The notes under the pieces were generated by a model that did not search any database, had not been told where the DNA came from, and was given only the letters and a program-made list of their open reading frames with translations. A stretch of DNA of 56,540 nucleotides from Patescibacteria group bacterium (lineage in GTDB: Bacteria; Patescibacteriota; Patescibacteriia; UBA1558; UBA10009). The translations under genes and the position numbers were made by a program. Shown here in pieces: positions 55,946 to 56,540 of the stretch (position 1 is its first letter; the number at the start of each line of letters is the position of its first letter). Where the stretch lies: positions 1-56,540 of the forward strand of contig JAHITV010000002.1 in NCBI GenBank assembly GCA_018817315.1, read 5' to 3'.

Positions 55946-56540
55946 TCACAGTTCATTCAGTTTATTCAGTACTGATTGATCAACCTTTCCAGTAATTGGC
56001 AACTGATAAAACTTCTGGAAATCCTTTACTGCTTGGGTGGTAACCAGTCCGTAATAACCGGTAATATAAGGATAAGTGAAGAAACCCAGGTCTTTAAGTA
56101 TTTGTTGGAGTTTTCTAACTTCATTACCAATATCTTCAGGATTAAGTAAGACGGTAAAGGTTTCAAGAATTTCCTTAATTTCTTGATAGTTAGTTTGATC
56201 AATTGTCTCTAGGGTCTGGTAATAATCAAATTCAGTTTGATTAACCATGCTGATAGCTGACCAGTTAAGGTTTAGATTATCAAAGGTTTGTTCGTCTGTT
56301 ATCCAATGTTTATTGTTGTTCTTTAAAAGGTAAACCTTAGGGTCATTAGATAGCTTAATTAGCTTAGAGATTAAATATCTGTTTAAATCAATATCTAAAA
56401 TAGTTTCAATCTGATTCCACTGATAATTGTAAGATAAAAAGATGGTTTCATTAGGAAGATGCCTACGGTAGTTGTTTTCGGTAATCACGTAAACCTTAGA
56501 GCTGGTTGGGGTTTTGATTAATTGAGTAGGATAAATAAAA
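55946..56540 (-). CDS. peptidoglycan-binding (PG_binding_1) domain protein, 5'-partial at window edge
   Basis: C-terminus VRKLQQILKDLGFFTYPYITGYYGLVTTQAVKDFQKFYQLPITGKVD matches the PGB repeat. The frame stays open upstream of the track's GTG (56488) to the end of the window. Confidence 0.55.
   Translation of the reverse strand, partial: FIYPTQLIKTPTSSKVYVITENNYRRHLPNETIFLSYNYQWNQIETILDIDLNRYLISKLIKLSNDPKVYLLKNNNKHWITDEQTFDNLNLNWSAISMVNQTEFDYYQTLETIDQTNYQEIKEILETFTVLLNPEDIGNEVRKLQQILKDLGFFTYPYITGYYGLVTTQAVKDFQKFYQLPITGKVDQSVLNKLNEL

Overview
This is an AT-rich bacterial chromosome segment, about 30% G+C by my spot counts. Its gene content and style suggest a CPR/Patescibacteria-type organism, though that assignment is inference only. 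The supporting traits are compact housekeeping genes, a UvrD-nuclease fusion, a membrane-anchored Clp/Hsp100 ATPase, and mostly absent Shine-Dalgarno (SD) sequences.

Nearly the whole backbone is co-directional on the minus strand. It carries corA, gyrB, pheS/pheT, a helicase-nuclease and an F1Fo ATP synthase operon (atpZ-like, B, E, F, H, A, G, D ... C). It continues with rmuC, tatD, pgeF, cvpA, metG, an AI-2E permease, an M16 peptidase, glyQS and glmS. After those come mtnA plus a class II aldolase, Clp/Hsp100, tgt, recO and ileS.

Five kinds of feature sit on top of this backbone:
1. Several clearly higher-G+C cassettes, each with a near-consensus sigma70 promoter, a strong SD and its own hairpin terminator. 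They encode an asparaginase, a dGTPase-like HD protein, a CDP-alcohol phosphatidyltransferase and pyrF plus an atypical PRTase. A four-unit plus-strand island at 33.7-37.8 kb belongs to the same class. That island holds two paralogous Rossmann/GT-B-like genes with near-identical control regions, and a protein with a T9SS C-terminal sorting domain.
2. An orphan structured RNA locus of about 470 nt at 13.3-13.8 kb, bracketed by a promoter and a terminator and built from tandem hairpin modules.
3. A dispersed family of strictly heptamer-periodic intergenic arrays, often paired with short GC-rich hairpins.
4. Two very AT-rich accessory patches. One is a decayed R-M-like locus at 8.6-10.2 kb. The other is a three-gene insertion that separates atpD from atpC.
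5. An ileS reading frame broken at an A7 run.

I recognised no rRNA, tRNA, CRISPR array, transposase or integrase. All motif calls come from reading the sequence and from memory of the families; no database search was run.
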